Of a DNA stretch of 64,000 bases, positions 1 through 14,221 are shown in pieces. The position numbers and the translations under genes are program-made. This DNA comes from the human T2T-CHM13v2.0 reference genome, Homo sapiens. Below the pieces are notes generated by a model. It did no database searches and had not been told where the DNA came from. It saw nothing but the letters and a program-made list of their open reading frames with translations. Every line of letters starts with the position of its first letter. Position 1 is the first letter of the stretch. The DNA is taken from assembly GCA_009914755.4 (NCBI GenBank), contig CP086569.2, positions 51,040,001-51,104,000 of the forward strand. The letters run 5' to 3'.

Positions 1-3000
1 GTTGAGATAGAATGGAATGGACTCTTTTGGAATGGTCTAGTATGCAATGCAATCGACTGGCAGGGAATCAAAAGGAATGTAATCGAATGGATTAGACAGG
101 AATGCAATGGACTCGAATAGATTGGAAACGGAATGCAAAGGAATGGAATGGAATAGTATGGAATGGAATGGAAAGGAATGGAGTGGAATAGACTAGAGTG
201 GAATGGAATGGACTGGAAAGCAATGGACTGGAATGGAACTTTCTTGAATGGACTGGAATCAAACGGAATGGAATGCAATGCAATCAAATGGCATGGAATA
301 AAATAGAATGAAAGAGAATCAAATGGAATTGAATCGAATGGAATCGAATGGATTGGAAAGGAATAGAATGGAATGGAATGGAATTGACTCAAATGGAATG
401 GACTAGAATGGAATGGATTCGAATGGAAGGCAAAGGAATGGAATCTATTGGAATGGACTGTAATGGAATGGAATGGAAGGGATTGGAATGGACTCGAATG
501 GAATGGACTGCAATAGAAAGGATTCGAATGGAATGAAAAAGAATTGAATGGAATAGAACAGAATGGAATCAAATCGAATGAAATGGAATGGAATAGAAAG
601 GAATGGAATGAAATGGAATGGAAAGGATTCGAATGGAATGCAATCGAATGGAATGGAATCGAACGGAATGGAATAAAATGGAAGAAAACTGGCAAGAAAT
701 GGAATCGAAATGAATGGAGTGTTATGGAACGGACTCAAAAGGAATTGAATGTAATAGAATGGAGTGGAGTGGACTCGAATATAATGGACTGGAATGGAAT
801 GAAATCACATGGAATGGGAACGAATGGAATGGAATGGAAAGGAATGGAATCGAATGGAAAGGAATCGAACGGAAGGGAATGAAATTGAATCAACAGGAAT
901 GGAAGGGAATAGAATAGACGGTAATGGAATGGACTCGAATAGAATGGACACGCATGCTCAAATTGAATGGACTCGAATGGAATGGAAACGAAAGGAATGT
1001 CATCGAATGGAATTGAATCGATTGGAATGAAATCGCATAGAATGGAGTGGAATCAAATGGAATTGAATCGAAAGGAAAGGAAGCGAATGGACTGAAATGA
1101 AATGGAATGGAATTGAATGGAAAGTAATGCAATGGAATAGAATGGAACGAAATTTCACGGAATGGAATCAAACTGAATGGAATCAAATCAATGGAATCAA
1201 ATCAAATGGAATGGAGTAGATTGGATTGGATGGGATTGGAAGGAAATGTACTGGAAAGGACTCGAATTTCATGAAACGGAATGGAATGAATTGGAACGGA
1301 ATGTACTCGAATGGAATGGAATGTCATAGAATGGCATCAAATTGAATGGCATCAAATGCAATGGAATCGAATGCAATGGAATGCTATGGAATGGAATGGC
1401 ATGCATTGGAATGGAATGTCCTCTAATGGAATGGATTCGAGTGGAATGGAATCGAATATAATGGAGTCGAATGAAATGGAATTGAAAGGAATGGGATCGA
1501 ATACAATGGAATATACTGGAATGTAATGTAATGAACTCGAATGTAATTGACTGGAATGGAATGTACATGAATGGAATGTAATCGAATGGAAAGTAATCCA
1601 ATGGAATAGAATCTAATGCAATAAAATCGACTCAGATAGAGTAGAATGTAATGGAATGGAGTGCAGTGCAATGGAATGGAATGCAATGGAATGGAATGGA
1701 ATGGAATGGAATGGAATGGAATGGGATGGAATGGTATGGAATGGATAGTAATGGACTGGAGTGAAATGGACTGGAAAGGAATGGACTCAAATTGAAAGGG
1801 CTCGAAAGGAATGGAGTCAAATGGAATGGTCTGGAATGGAATGAACACGAATGTAATGCAATCCAATAGAATGGAATCGAATGGCATGGAATATAAAGAA
1901 ATGGAATCGAAGAGAATGGAAACAAATGGAATGGAATTGAATGGAATGGAATTGAATGGAATGGGAACGAATGGAGTGAAATTGTATGCAGTAGAAGGGA
2001 ATAGAATGGAATGCAACCGAAAGGAAAGGAATGGATTGGAATGGAATGGAATTCATTGGAATGGAAGGGAATGTAGTGTAATGGACAGGCCTGGAATAAA
2101 GTGGAATGCTACGGTCTCGAATGGAATAAAAGTGTATGGAATGGAATGCAATGAAACGGAATCGAATGTCATAGAATGTAATGGAATGCAAAAAAATGGA
2201 ATCCAAAATCATTGACTGGAAAGGCTGGGTGTCGAAAGGAATTGACTGCAATGGAATGGAATCGAATGGAATGGAAGTGAATAGAATCGAACTAAATCGA
2301 ATGGAATGGAATTGATAGGAACGGAATGGAAAGGAATGCAATGATTTGGCATGGAATGGAATCGAATGGCATCGAATGGAATGGAATGGAATGCAATGGA
2401 ATGGAATGTATTAGAATGTAATGAACATTAGTGGAATGTACTCGAATGGATTCGACTGGAATGGAATGTTCTGGAAGTGAATGGACTCCAATGGAATGGA
2501 TTCGAAAGGAATGGAATCGAACGGAATGGAATCTAATGGAATGGAATTAAATGGAAATGAATCAAATTGAATAGCACGGAATTGAATTGAATGGAATCGA
2601 ATGCAATGGAATCTAATGAAACGGAAAGGAAAGAATGGAATGGAATAGAATGGGCTGGAATGGAAAGGAATCGAAACGAATGGAATGGAATCGAAGTGAA
2701 GAGACTGCAATGGAATGCACTGGAATGGAAGGTTCTCGAAAAAAATGGAATCGAATGGAATGGAATTGAATGGAACGGAATAGAGTCGAATGGAATTGAA
2801 TGGAATGGAATGGACTAGAGTGAAATGGAATCGAACCACAAGGAATGGACAGGAATAGAATGGTCTCGAATTTAATGGAATCGTATGGAATGGCATCAAA
2901 CGGAATGGAATGGACAGCCACGGAATGGAATGCACTCGAATGCAATGGAGTCGAAACTAATGGACTGGAATAGAATGGACTCGACTGGTACGGACTCCAA

Positions 3001-3533
3001 TGGAATGGAATCGAATGGAAGGGAATCGAACGGAAGGGAATCGAACGGAATGGACTCGAAGGGAAAAGACTGCAATGGAAAGGTCTCGAATGGAATGGAA
3101 ATTAATGGAATGGAATGGAATCGAATGAAATGGAGTCAAAAGGAATCGAATCGAATGGCAAGAAATCGAATGTAATGGAATCGCCAGGAATTGATGTGAA
3201 CGGAACGGAATGGAATGGAATCCAAAGGAATGGAATAGAATGGAATGGAATCGAATGGAAAGGACTCGAATGGAAATCACTCGAATAGAATGCAATTTAA
3301 TAAAATAGGATCAAATGTAATGGAATGGAATGGAAAGGAATCGAAACGAAAGGAATGGAGACAGATGGAATGGAATGGAACAGAGAGCAATGGTATAGAA
3401 TGGAATGGAATCATCTGGAATGGAATTGAATGGAATGGAATAATATGAAATGGAATGGAATGGAATGGAATGGAATGCCCTTGAATTAAATGGACTGGAA
3501 AGGAATGGACTCAAACAGAGTGGAATGGAAAGT
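1..3533 (+). repeat. HSat3/DYZ1-type HOR unit 1 (3533 bp; short variant)
   Basis: Runs from the anchor motif at 1 to the next anchor at 3534. It carries a 15-bp direct duplication ggaagggaatcgaac at 3017-3031 and 3032-3046. A 15-bp segment is absent near 2728 relative to other units. Confidence 0.85.
236..248. promoter_or_regulatory. Heat-shock-element (HSE) consensus match GAActTTCttGAA (three perfect alternating nGAAn units); motif match only, function unproven
   Basis: ggaatggAActTTCttGAAtgg was read directly from the sequence. This is the only perfect 3-unit inverted nGAAn array in the unit. Confidence 0.3.
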
Positions 3534-6500
3534 GTGGAGATAGAATGGAATGAACTCCTTTGGAATGGTGTAGTTTGCAATGCAATCGACTCTCAGGGAA
3601 TCAAAAGGAATGTAATCGAATGGATTGGACTGGAATGCAATGGACTCGAATAGATTGGAAACGGAATGCAAAGGAATGGAATGGAATAGTATGGAATGCA
3701 ATGGAAGGGAATGGAGTGGAATAGACTAGAGTGGAATGGAATGGACTGGAAAGCAATGGACTGGAATGGAACTTTCTTGGATGGACTGGAATCAAACGGA
3801 ATGGAATGCAATGCAATCAAATGGCATGGAATAAAATAGAATGAAAGAGAATCAAATGGAATTGAATCGAATGGAATCGAATGGATTGGAAAGGAATAGA
3901 ATGGAATGGAATGGAATTGACTCAAATGGAATGGACTAGAATGGAATGGATTCGAATGGAAGGCAAAGGAATAGAATCTATTGGAATGGACTGTAATGGA
4001 ATGGAATGGAAGGGATTGGAATGGACTCGAATGGAATGGACTGCAATAGAAAGGATTCGAATGGAATGAAAAAGAATTGAATGGAATAGAACAGAATGGA
4101 ATCAAATCGAATGAAATGGAATGGAATAGAAAGGAATGGAATGAAATGGAATGGAAAGGATTCGAATGGAATGCAATCGAATGGAATGGAATCGAACGGA
4201 ATGGAATAAAATGGAAGAAAACTGGCAAGAAATGGAATCGAAATGAATGGAGTGTTATGGAACGGACTCAAAAGGAATTGAATGTAACGGAATGGAGTGG
4301 AGTGGACTCGAATATAATGGACTGGAATGGAATGAAATCACATGGAATGGGAACGAATGGAATGGAAAGGAATGGAATCGAATGGAAAGGAATCGAATGG
4401 AAGGAAATGAAATTGAATCAACAGGAATGGAAGGGAATAGAATAGACTGTAATGGAATGGACTCGAATAGAATGGACACGAATGCTCAAATTAAATGGAC
4501 TCGAATGGAATGGAAACGAAAGGAATGTCATCGAATGGAATTGAATCGATTGGAATGAAATCGCATAGAATGGAGTGGAATCAAATGGAATTGAATCGAA
4601 AGGAAAGGAAGCGAATGGACTGAAATGAAATGGAATGGAATTGAATGGAAAGTAATGCAATGGAATAGAATGGAACGAAATTTCACGGAATGGAATCAAA
4701 CTGAATGGAATCAAATCAATGGAATCAAATCAAATGGAATGGAAAGGAATTGAATGGAGTAGATGGGATTGGATGGGATTGGAATGAAATGTACTGGAAA
4801 GGACTCGAATTTCATGAAACGGAATGGAATGAATTGGAACGGAATGGACTCGAATGGAATGGAATGTCATGGGATGGCATCAAATGTAATGGCATCAAAT
4901 GGAATGGAATCGAATGCAATGGAATGCTATGGAATGGAATGGAATGCATTGGAATGGAATGTCCTCTAATGGAATGGATTCGAGTGGAATGGAATCGAAT
5001 ATAATGGAGTCGAATGAAATGGAATTGAAAGGAATGGGATCGAATACAATGGAATATACTGGAATGTAACGTAATGAACTCCAATGTAATTGACTGGAAT
5101 GGAATGTACATGAATGGAATGTAATCGAATGGAAAGTAATCCAATGGAATAGAATCTAATGCAATAAAATCGACTCAGATAGAGTAGAATGTAATGGAAT
5201 GGAGTGCAGTGCAATGGAATGGAATGGAATGGAATGCAATGGAATGGAATGGTATGGAATGGAATGGAATGGAATGGAATGGAATGGAATGGAATGGGAT
5301 GGAATGGTATGGAATGGATAGTAATGGACTGGAGTGAAATGGACTGGAAAGGAATGGACTCAAATTGAAAGGGCTCGAAAGGAATGGAGTCAAATGGAAT
5401 GGTCTGGAATGGAATGAACACGAATGTAATGCAACCCAATAGAATGGAATCGAATGGCATGGAATATAAAGAAATAGAATCGAAGAGAATGGAAACAAAT
5501 GGAATGGAATTGAATGGAATGGGAACGAATGGAGTGAAATTGTATGCAGTAGAAGAGAATAGAATGGAATGCAAGCGAAAGGAAAGGAATGGATTGGAAT
5601 GGAATGGAATTCATTGGAATGGAAGGGAATGTAGTGTAATGGACAGGCCTGGAATAAAGTGGAATGCTACGGTCTCGAATGGAATAAAAATTTATGGAAT
5701 GGAATGCAATGAAACGGAATCGAATGTCATAGAATGTAATGGAATGCAAAAAAATGGAATCCAAAATCATTGACTGGAAAGTCTGGGTGTCGAAAGGAAT
5801 TGACTCCAATGGAATGGAATCGAATGGAATGGAAGTGAATAGAATCGAACTAAATCGAATGGAATGGAATTGATAGGAACGGAATGGAAAGGAATGCAAT
5901 GATTTGGCATGGAATGGAATCGAATGGCATCGAATGGAATGGAATGGAATGCAATGGAATGGAATGTATTAGAATGTAATGAACTTTAATGGAATGTACT
6001 CGAATGGATTCGACTGGAATGGAATGTTCTGGAAGTGAATGGACTCCAATGGAATGGATTCAAAAGGAATGGAATCGTACGGAATGGAATATAATGGAAT
6101 GGAATTAAATGGAAATGAATCAAATTGAATAGCACGGAATTGAATTGAATGGAATCGAATGCAATGGAATCTAATGAAACGGAAAGGAAAGGAATGCAAT
6201 GGAATGGAATGCAATGGAATGCAAAGGAATCGAAACGAATGGAATGGAATCGAACTGAAGAGACTGGAATGGAATGCACTGGAATGGAAGGGAGTGTAAT
6301 GGAAGGTTCTCGAAAAAAATGGAATCGAATGGAATGGAATTGAATGGAACGGAATAGAGTCGAATGGAATTGAATGGAATGGAATGGACTAGAGTGAAAT
6401 GGAATCGAACCACAAGGAATGGACAGGAATAGAATGGTCTCGAATTGAATGGAATCGTATGGAATGGCATCAAACGGAATGGAATGGACAGCCACGGAAT

Positions 6501-7092
6501 GGAATGCACTCGAATGCAACGGAGTCGAAACTAATGGACTGGAATAGAATGGACTCGACTGGTACGGACTCCAATGGAATGGAATCGAATGGAAGGGAAT
6601 CGAACGGAATGGACTCGAAGGGAAAAGACAGCAATGGAAAGGTCTCGAATGGAATGGAAATTAATGGAATGGAATGGAATCGAATGAAATGGAGTCAAAA
6701 GGAATGGAATCGAATGGCAAGAAATCGAATGTAATGGAATCGCAAGGAATTGATGTGAACGGAACGGAATGGAATGGAATCCAAAGGAATGGAATGGAAT
6801 GGAATGGAATCGAATGGAAAGGACTGGAATGGAAATCACTCGAATAGAATGCAATTTAATAAAATAGGGTCAAATGTAATGGAATGGAATGGAAAGGAAT
6901 CGAAACGAAAGGAATGGAGACAGATGGAATGGAATGGGACAGAGAGCAATGGTATAGAATGGAATGGAATCATCTGGAATGGAATTGAATGGAATGGAAT
7001 AATATGAAATGGAATGGAATGGAATGGAATGGAATGCCCTTGAATTAAAAGGACTGGAATGGAATGGACTCGAACAGAGTGGAATGGAAAGT
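3534..7092 (+). repeat. HSat3/DYZ1-type HOR unit 2 (3559 bp; 'P' subtype)
   Basis: The anchor variant gtggagatagaatgg starts at 3534 and the next anchor is at 7093. The HSE-position variant ttcttggatgg is shared with units 11 and 16. Confidence 0.85.
3769..3781. promoter_or_regulatory. Degenerate HSE match GAActTTCttGGA (third unit GAA>GGA)
   Basis: ggaactttcttggatgg. This variant is shared by units 2, 11 and 16. Confidence 0.25.
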
Positions 7093-10000
7093 GTTGAGAT
7101 AGAATGGAATGGACTCTTTTGGAATGGTCTAGTATGCAATGCAATCGACTGGCAGGGAATCAAAAGGAATGTAATCGAATGGATTAGACTGGAATGCAAT
7201 GGACTCGAATAGATTGGAAACGGAATGCAAAGGAATGGAATGGAATAGTATGGAATGGAATGGAAAGGAATGGAGTGGAATAGACTAGAGTGGAATGGAA
7301 TGGACTGGAAAGCAATGGACTGGAATGGAACTTTCTTGAATGGACTGGAATCAAACGGAATGGAATGCAATGCAATCAAATGGCATGGAATAAAATAGAA
7401 TGAAAGAGAATCAAATGGAATTGAATCGAATGGAATCGAATGGATTGGAAAGGAATAGAATGGAATGGAATGGAATTGACTCAAATGGAATGGACTAGAA
7501 TGGAATGGATTCGAATGGAAGGCAAAGGAATGGAATCTATTGGAATGGACTGTAATGGAATGGAATGGAAGGGATTGGAATGGACTCGAATGGAATGGAC
7601 TGCAATAGAAAGGATTCGAATGGAATGAAAAAGAATTGAATGGAATAGAACAGAATGGAATCAAATCGAATGAAATGGAATGGAATAGAAAGGAATGGAA
7701 TGAAATGGAATGGAAAGGATTCGAATGGAATGCAATCGAATGGAATGGAATCGAACGGAATGGAATAAAATGGAAGAAAACTGGCAAGAAATGGAATCGA
7801 AATGAATGGAGTGTTATGGAACGGACTCAAAAGGAATTGAATGTATATAGAAAGGAGTGGAGTGGACTCGAATATAATGGACTGGAATGGAATGAAATCA
7901 CATGGAATGGGAACGAATGGAATGGAATGGAAAGGAATGGAATCGAATGGAAAGGAATCGAATGGAAGGGAATGAAATTGAATCAACAGGAATGGAAGGG
8001 AATAGAATAGACGGTAATGGAATGGACTCGAATAGAATGGACACGAATGCTCAAATTGAATGGACTCGAATGGAATGGAAACGAAAGGAATGTCATCGAA
8101 TGGAATTGAATCGATTGGAATGAAATCGCATAGAATGGAGTGGAATCAAATGGAATTGAATCGAAAGGAAAGGAAGCGAATGGACTGAAATGAAATGGAA
8201 TGGAATTGAATGGAAAGTAATGCAATGGAATAGAATGGAACGAAATTTCACGGAATGGAATCAAACTGAATGGAATCAAATCAATGCAATCAAATCAAAT
8301 GGAATGGAAAGGAATTGAATGGAGTAGATTGGATTGGATGGGATTGGAATGAAATGTACTGGAAAGGACTCGAATTTCATGAAACGGAATGGAATGAATT
8401 GGAACGGAATGGACTCGAATGGAATGGAATGTCATGGAATGGCATCAAATGGAATGGCATCAAATGGAATGGAATCGAATGCAATGGAATGCTATGGAAT
8501 GGAATGGAATGCATTGGAATGGAATGTCCTCTAATGGAATGGATTCGAGTGGAATGGAATCGAATATAATGGAGTCGAATGAAAAGGAATTGAAAGGAAT
8601 GGGATCGAATACAACGGAATATACTGGAATGTAATGTAATGAACTCGAATGTAATTGACTGGAATGGAATGTACATGAATGGAATGTAATCGAATGGAAA
8701 GTAATCCAATGGAATAGAATCTAATGCAATAAAATCGACTCAGATAGAGTAGAATGTAATGGAATGGAGTGCAGTGCAATGGAATGGAATGGAATGGAAT
8801 GCAATGGAATGGAATGGAATGGAATGGAATGGAATGGAATGGAATGGAATGGGATGGAATGGTATGGAATGGATAGTAATGGACTGGAATGAAATGGACT
8901 GGAAAAGAATGGACTCAAATTGAAAGGGCTCGAAAGGAATGGAGTCAAATGGAATGGTCTGGAATGGAATGAACACGAATGTAATGCAATCCAATAGAAT
9001 GGAATCGAATGGCATGGAATATAAAGAAATGGAATCGAAGAGAATGGAAACAAATGGAATGGAATTGAATGGAATGGAATTGAATGGAATGGGAACGAAT
9101 GGAGTGAAATTTTATGCAGTAGAAGAGAATAGAATGGAATGCAAGCGAAAGGAAAGGAATGGATTGCAATGGAATGGAATTCATTGAAATGGAAGGAAAT
9201 GTAGTGTAATGGACAGGCCTGGAATAAAGTGGAATGCTACGGTCTCGAATGGAATAAAAATGTATGGAATGGAATGCAATGAAACGGAATCGAATGTCAT
9301 AGAATGTAATGGAATGCAAAAAAATGGAATCCAAAATCATTGACTGGAAAGGCTGGGTGTCGAAAGGAATTGACTCCAATGGAATGGAATCGAATGGAAT
9401 GGAAGTGAATAGAATCGAACTAAATCGAATGGAATGGAATTGATAGGAACGGAATGGAAAGGAATGCAATGATTTGGCATGGAATGGAATCGAATGGCAT
9501 CGAATGGAATGGAATGGAATGCAATGGAATGGAATGTATTAGAATGTAATGAACATTAATGGAATGTACTCGAATGGATTCGACTGGAATGGAATGTTCT
9601 GGAAGTGAATGGACTCCAATGGAATGGATTCGAAAGGAATGGAATCGAACGGAATGGAATCTAATGGAATGGAATTAAATGGAAATGAATCAAATTGAAT
9701 AGCACGGAATTGAATTGAATGGAATCGAATGCAATGGAATCTAATGAAACGGAAAGGAAAGGAATGGAATGGAATGGAATGGGCTGGAATGGAAAGGAAT
9801 CGAAACGAATGGAATGGAATCGAACTGAAGAGACTGGAATGGAATGCACTGGAATGGAAGGGATTGTAATGGAAGGTTCTCGAAAATAATGGAAGCAAAT
9901 GGAATGGAATTGAATGGAACGGAATAGAGTCGAATGGAATTGAATGGAATGGAATGGACTAGAGTGAAATGGAATCGAACCACAAGGAATGGACAGGAAT

Positions 10001-10662
10001 AGAATGGTCTCGAATTGAATGGAATCGTATGGAATGGCATCAAACGGAATGGAATGGACAGCCACGGAATGGAATGCACTCGAATGCAATGGAGTCGAAA
10101 CTTATGGACTGGAATAGAATGCGCTCGACTGGTACGGACTCCAAAGGAATGGAATCGAATGGAAGGGATTCGAACGGAATGGACTCGAAGGGAAAAGACT
10201 GCAATGGAAAGGTCTCGAATGGAATGGAAATTAATGGAATGGAATGGAATCGAATGAAATGGAGTCAAAAGGAATGGAATCGAATGGCAAGAAATCGAAT
10301 GTAATGGAATCACAAGGAATTGATGTGAACGGAACGGAATGGAATGGAATCCAAAGGAATGGAATAGAATGGAATGCAATCGAATGGAAAGGACTCGAAT
10401 GGAAATCACTCGAATAGAATGCAATTTAATAAAATAGGATCAAATGTAATGGAATGGAATGAAAAGGAATCGAAACGAAAGGAATGGAGACAGATGGAAT
10501 GGAATGGAACAGAGAGCAATGGTATAGAATGGAATGGAATCATCTGGAATGGAATTGAATGGAATGGAATAATATGAAATGGAATGGAATGGAATGGAAT
10601 GGAATGCCCTTGAATTAAATGGACTGGAATGGAATGGACTCGAACAGAGTGGAATGGAAAGT
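7093..10662 (+). repeat. HSat3/DYZ1-type HOR unit 3 (3570 bp)
   Basis: Anchor gttgagat at 7093 and 10663. Confidence 0.85.
7328..7340. promoter_or_regulatory. HSE consensus match GAActTTCttGAA
   Basis: Sits at the same unit offset (+235) as in unit 1. Verified in the sequence. Confidence 0.3.
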
Positions 10663-13600
10663 GTTGAGATAGAATGGAATGGACTCCTTTGGAATGGTGT
10701 AGTATGCAATGCAATCGACTGGCAGGGAATCAAAAGGAATGTAATGGAATGGATTGGACTGGAATGCAATGGACTCGAATAGATTGGAAACGGAATGCAA
10801 AGGAATGGAATGGAATAGTATGGAATGGAATGGAAAGGAATGGAGTGGAATAGACTAGAGTGGAATGGAATGGACTGGAAAGCAATGGACTGGAATGGAA
10901 CTTTCTTGAATGGACTGGAATCAAACGGAATGGAATGCAATGCAATCAAATGGCATGGAATAAAATAGAATGAAAGAGAATCAAATGGAATTGAATCGAA
11001 TGGAATCGAATGGATTGGAAAGGAATAGAATGGAATGGAATGGAATTGACTCAAATGGAATGGACTAGAATGGAATGGATTCGAATGGAAGGCAAAGGAA
11101 TGGAATCTATTGGAATGGACTGTAATGGAATGGAATGGAAGGGATTGGAATGGACTCGAATGGAATGGACTGCAATAGAAAGGATTCGAATGGAATGAAA
11201 AAGAATTGAATGGAATAGAACAGAATGGAATCAAATCGAATGAAATGGAATGGAATAGAAAGGAATGGAATGAAATGGAATGGAAAGGATTCGAATGGAA
11301 TGCAATCGAATGGAATGGAATCGAACGGAATGGAATAAAATGGAAGAAAACTGGCAAGAAATGGAATCGAAATGAATGGAGTGTTATGGAACGGACTCAA
11401 AAGGAATTGAATGTAATAGAATGGAGTGGAGTGGACTCGAATATAATGGACTGGAATGGAATGAAATCACATGGAATGGGAACGAATGGAATGGAATGGA
11501 AAGGAATGGAATCGAATGGAAAGGAATCGAATGGAAGGGAATGAAATTGAATCAACAGGAATGGAAGGGAATAGAATAGACGGTAATGGAATGGACTCGA
11601 ATAGAATGGACACGAATGCTCAAATTGAATGGACTCGAATGGAATGGAAACGAAAGGAATGTCATCGAATGGAATTGAATCGATTGGAATGAAATCGCAT
11701 AGAATGGAGTGGAATCAAATGGAATTGAATCGAAAGGAAAGGAAGCGAATGGACTGAAATGAAATGGAATGGAATTGAATGGAAAGTAATGCAATGGAAT
11801 AGAATGGAACGAAATTTCACGGAATGGAATCAAACTGAATGGAATCAAATCAATGGAATCTAATCAAATGGAATGGAAAGGAATTGAATGGAGTAGATTG
11901 GATTGGATGGGATTGGAATGAAATGTACTGGAAAGGACTCGAATTTCATGAAACGGAATGGAATGAATTGGAACGGAATGGACTCGAATGGAATGGAATG
12001 TCATGGAATGGCATCAAATGGAATGGCATCAAATGGAATGGAATCGAATGCAATGGAATGCTATGGAATGGAATGCAATGCATTGGAATGGAATGTCCTC
12101 TAATGGAATGGATTCGAGTGGAATGGAATCGAATATAATGGAGTCGAATGAAATGGAATTGAAAGGAATGGGATCGAATACAATGGAATATACTGGAATG
12201 TAATGTAATGAACTCGAATGTAATTGACTGGAATGGAATGTACATGAATGGAATGTAATCGAATGGAAAGTAATCCAATGGAATAGAATCTAATGCAATA
12301 AAATCGACTCAGATAGAGTAGAATGTAATGGAATGGAGTGCAGTGCAATGGAATGGAATGGAATGGAATGCAATTGAATGGAATGGAATGGAATGGAATG
12401 CAATGGAATGGGATGGAATGGTATGGAATGGATAGTAATGGACTGGAGTGAAATGGACTGGAAAGGAATGGACTCAAATTCAAAGGGCTCGAAAGGAATG
12501 GAGTCAAATGGAATGGTCTGGAATGGAATGAACACGAATGTAATGCAATCCAATAGAATGGAATCGAATGGCATGGAATATAAAGAAATGGAATCGAAGA
12601 GAATGGAAACAAATGGAATGGAATTGAATGGAATGGAATTGAATGGAATGGGAACGAATGGAGTGAAATTGTATGCAGTAGAAGGGAATAGAATGGAATG
12701 CAAGCGAAAGGAAAGGAATGGATTGGAATGGAATGGAATTCATTGGAATGGAAGGGAATGTAGTGTAATGGACAGGCCTGGAATAAAGTGGAATGCTACG
12801 GTCTCGAATGGAATAAAAATGTATGGAATGGAATGCAATGAAACGGAATCGAATGTCATAGAATGTAATGGAATGCAAAAAAATGGAATCCAAAATCATT
12901 GACTGGAAAGGCTGGGTGTCGAAAGGAATTGACTCCAATGGAATGGAATCGAATGGAATGGAAGTGAATAGAATCGAACTAAATCGAATGGAATGGAACT
13001 GATAGGAACGGAATGGAAAGGAATGCAATGATTTGGCATGGAATGGAATCGAATGGCATCGAATGGAATGGAATGGAATGCAATGGAATGGAATGTATTA
13101 GAATGTAATGAACTTTAATGGAATGTACTCGAATGGATTCGACTGGAATGGAATGTTCTGGAAGTGAATGGACTCCAATGGAATGGATTCCAAAGGAATG
13201 GAATCGTACGGAATGGAATCTAATGGAATGGAATTAAATGGAAATGAATCAAATTGAATAGCACGGAATTGAATTGAATGGAATGGAATGCAATGGAATC
13301 TAATGAAACGGAAAGGAAAGGAATGGAATGGAATGGAATGGGCTGGAATGGAAAGGAATCGAAACGAATGGAATGGAATCGAACTGAAGAGACTGGAATG
13401 GAATGCACTGGAATGGAAGGGAGTGTAATGGAAGGTTCTCGAAAATAATGGAATCGAATGGAATGGAATTGAATGGAACGGAATAGAGTCGAATGGAATT
13501 GAATGGAATGGAATGGACTAGAGTGAAATGGAATCGAACCACAAGGAATGGACAGGAATAGAATGGTCTCGAATTGAATGGAATCGTATGGAATGGCATC

Positions 13601-14221
13601 AAACGGAATGGAATGGACAGCCACGGAATGGAATGCACTCGAATGCAATGGAGTCGAAACTAATGGACTGGAATAGAATGGACTCGACTGGTACGGACTC
13701 CAATGGAATGGAATCGAATGGAAGGGAATCGAACGGAATGGACTCGAAGGGAAAAGACTGCAATGGGAAGGTCTCGAATGGAATGGAAATTAATGGAATG
13801 GAATGGAATCGAATGAAATGGAGTCAAAAGGAATGGAATCGAATGGCAAGAAATCGAATGTAATGGAATCGCAAGGAATTGATGTGAACGGAACGGAATG
13901 GAATGGAATCCAAAGGAATGGAATGGAATGGAATGGAATCGAATGGAAAGGACTCGAATGGAAATCACTCGAATAGAATGCAATTTAATAAAATAGGATC
14001 AAATGTAATGGAGTGGAATGGAAAGGAATCGAAACGAAAGGAATGGAGACAGATGGAATGGAATGGAACAGAGAGCAATGGTATAGAATGGAATGGAATC
14101 ATCTGGAATGGAATTGAATGGAATGGAATAATATGAAATGGAATGGAATGGAATGGAATGGAATGCCCTTGAATTAAATGGACTGGAATGGAATGGACTC
14201 GAACAGAGTGGAATGGAAAGT
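10663..14221 (+). repeat. HSat3/DYZ1-type HOR unit 4 (3559 bp)
   Basis: Anchors at 10663 and 14222. The ORF-track peptides are nearly identical to those of units 5 and 6. Confidence 0.85.
10898..10910. promoter_or_regulatory. HSE consensus match GAActTTCttGAA
   Basis: Unit offset +235. Verified. Confidence 0.3.

Noticed and set aside
1145-1165. Additional HSE-like matches such as gaacgaaatttcacggaatgg (GAAatTTCacGGA) and cgaatttcatgaaacgg (TTCatGAA two-unit)
   Set aside because: These are imperfect or only two-unit matches. I report only the single perfect three-unit element per HOR unit. The weaker matches may contribute, but they are not distinctive against the GAA-rich background.
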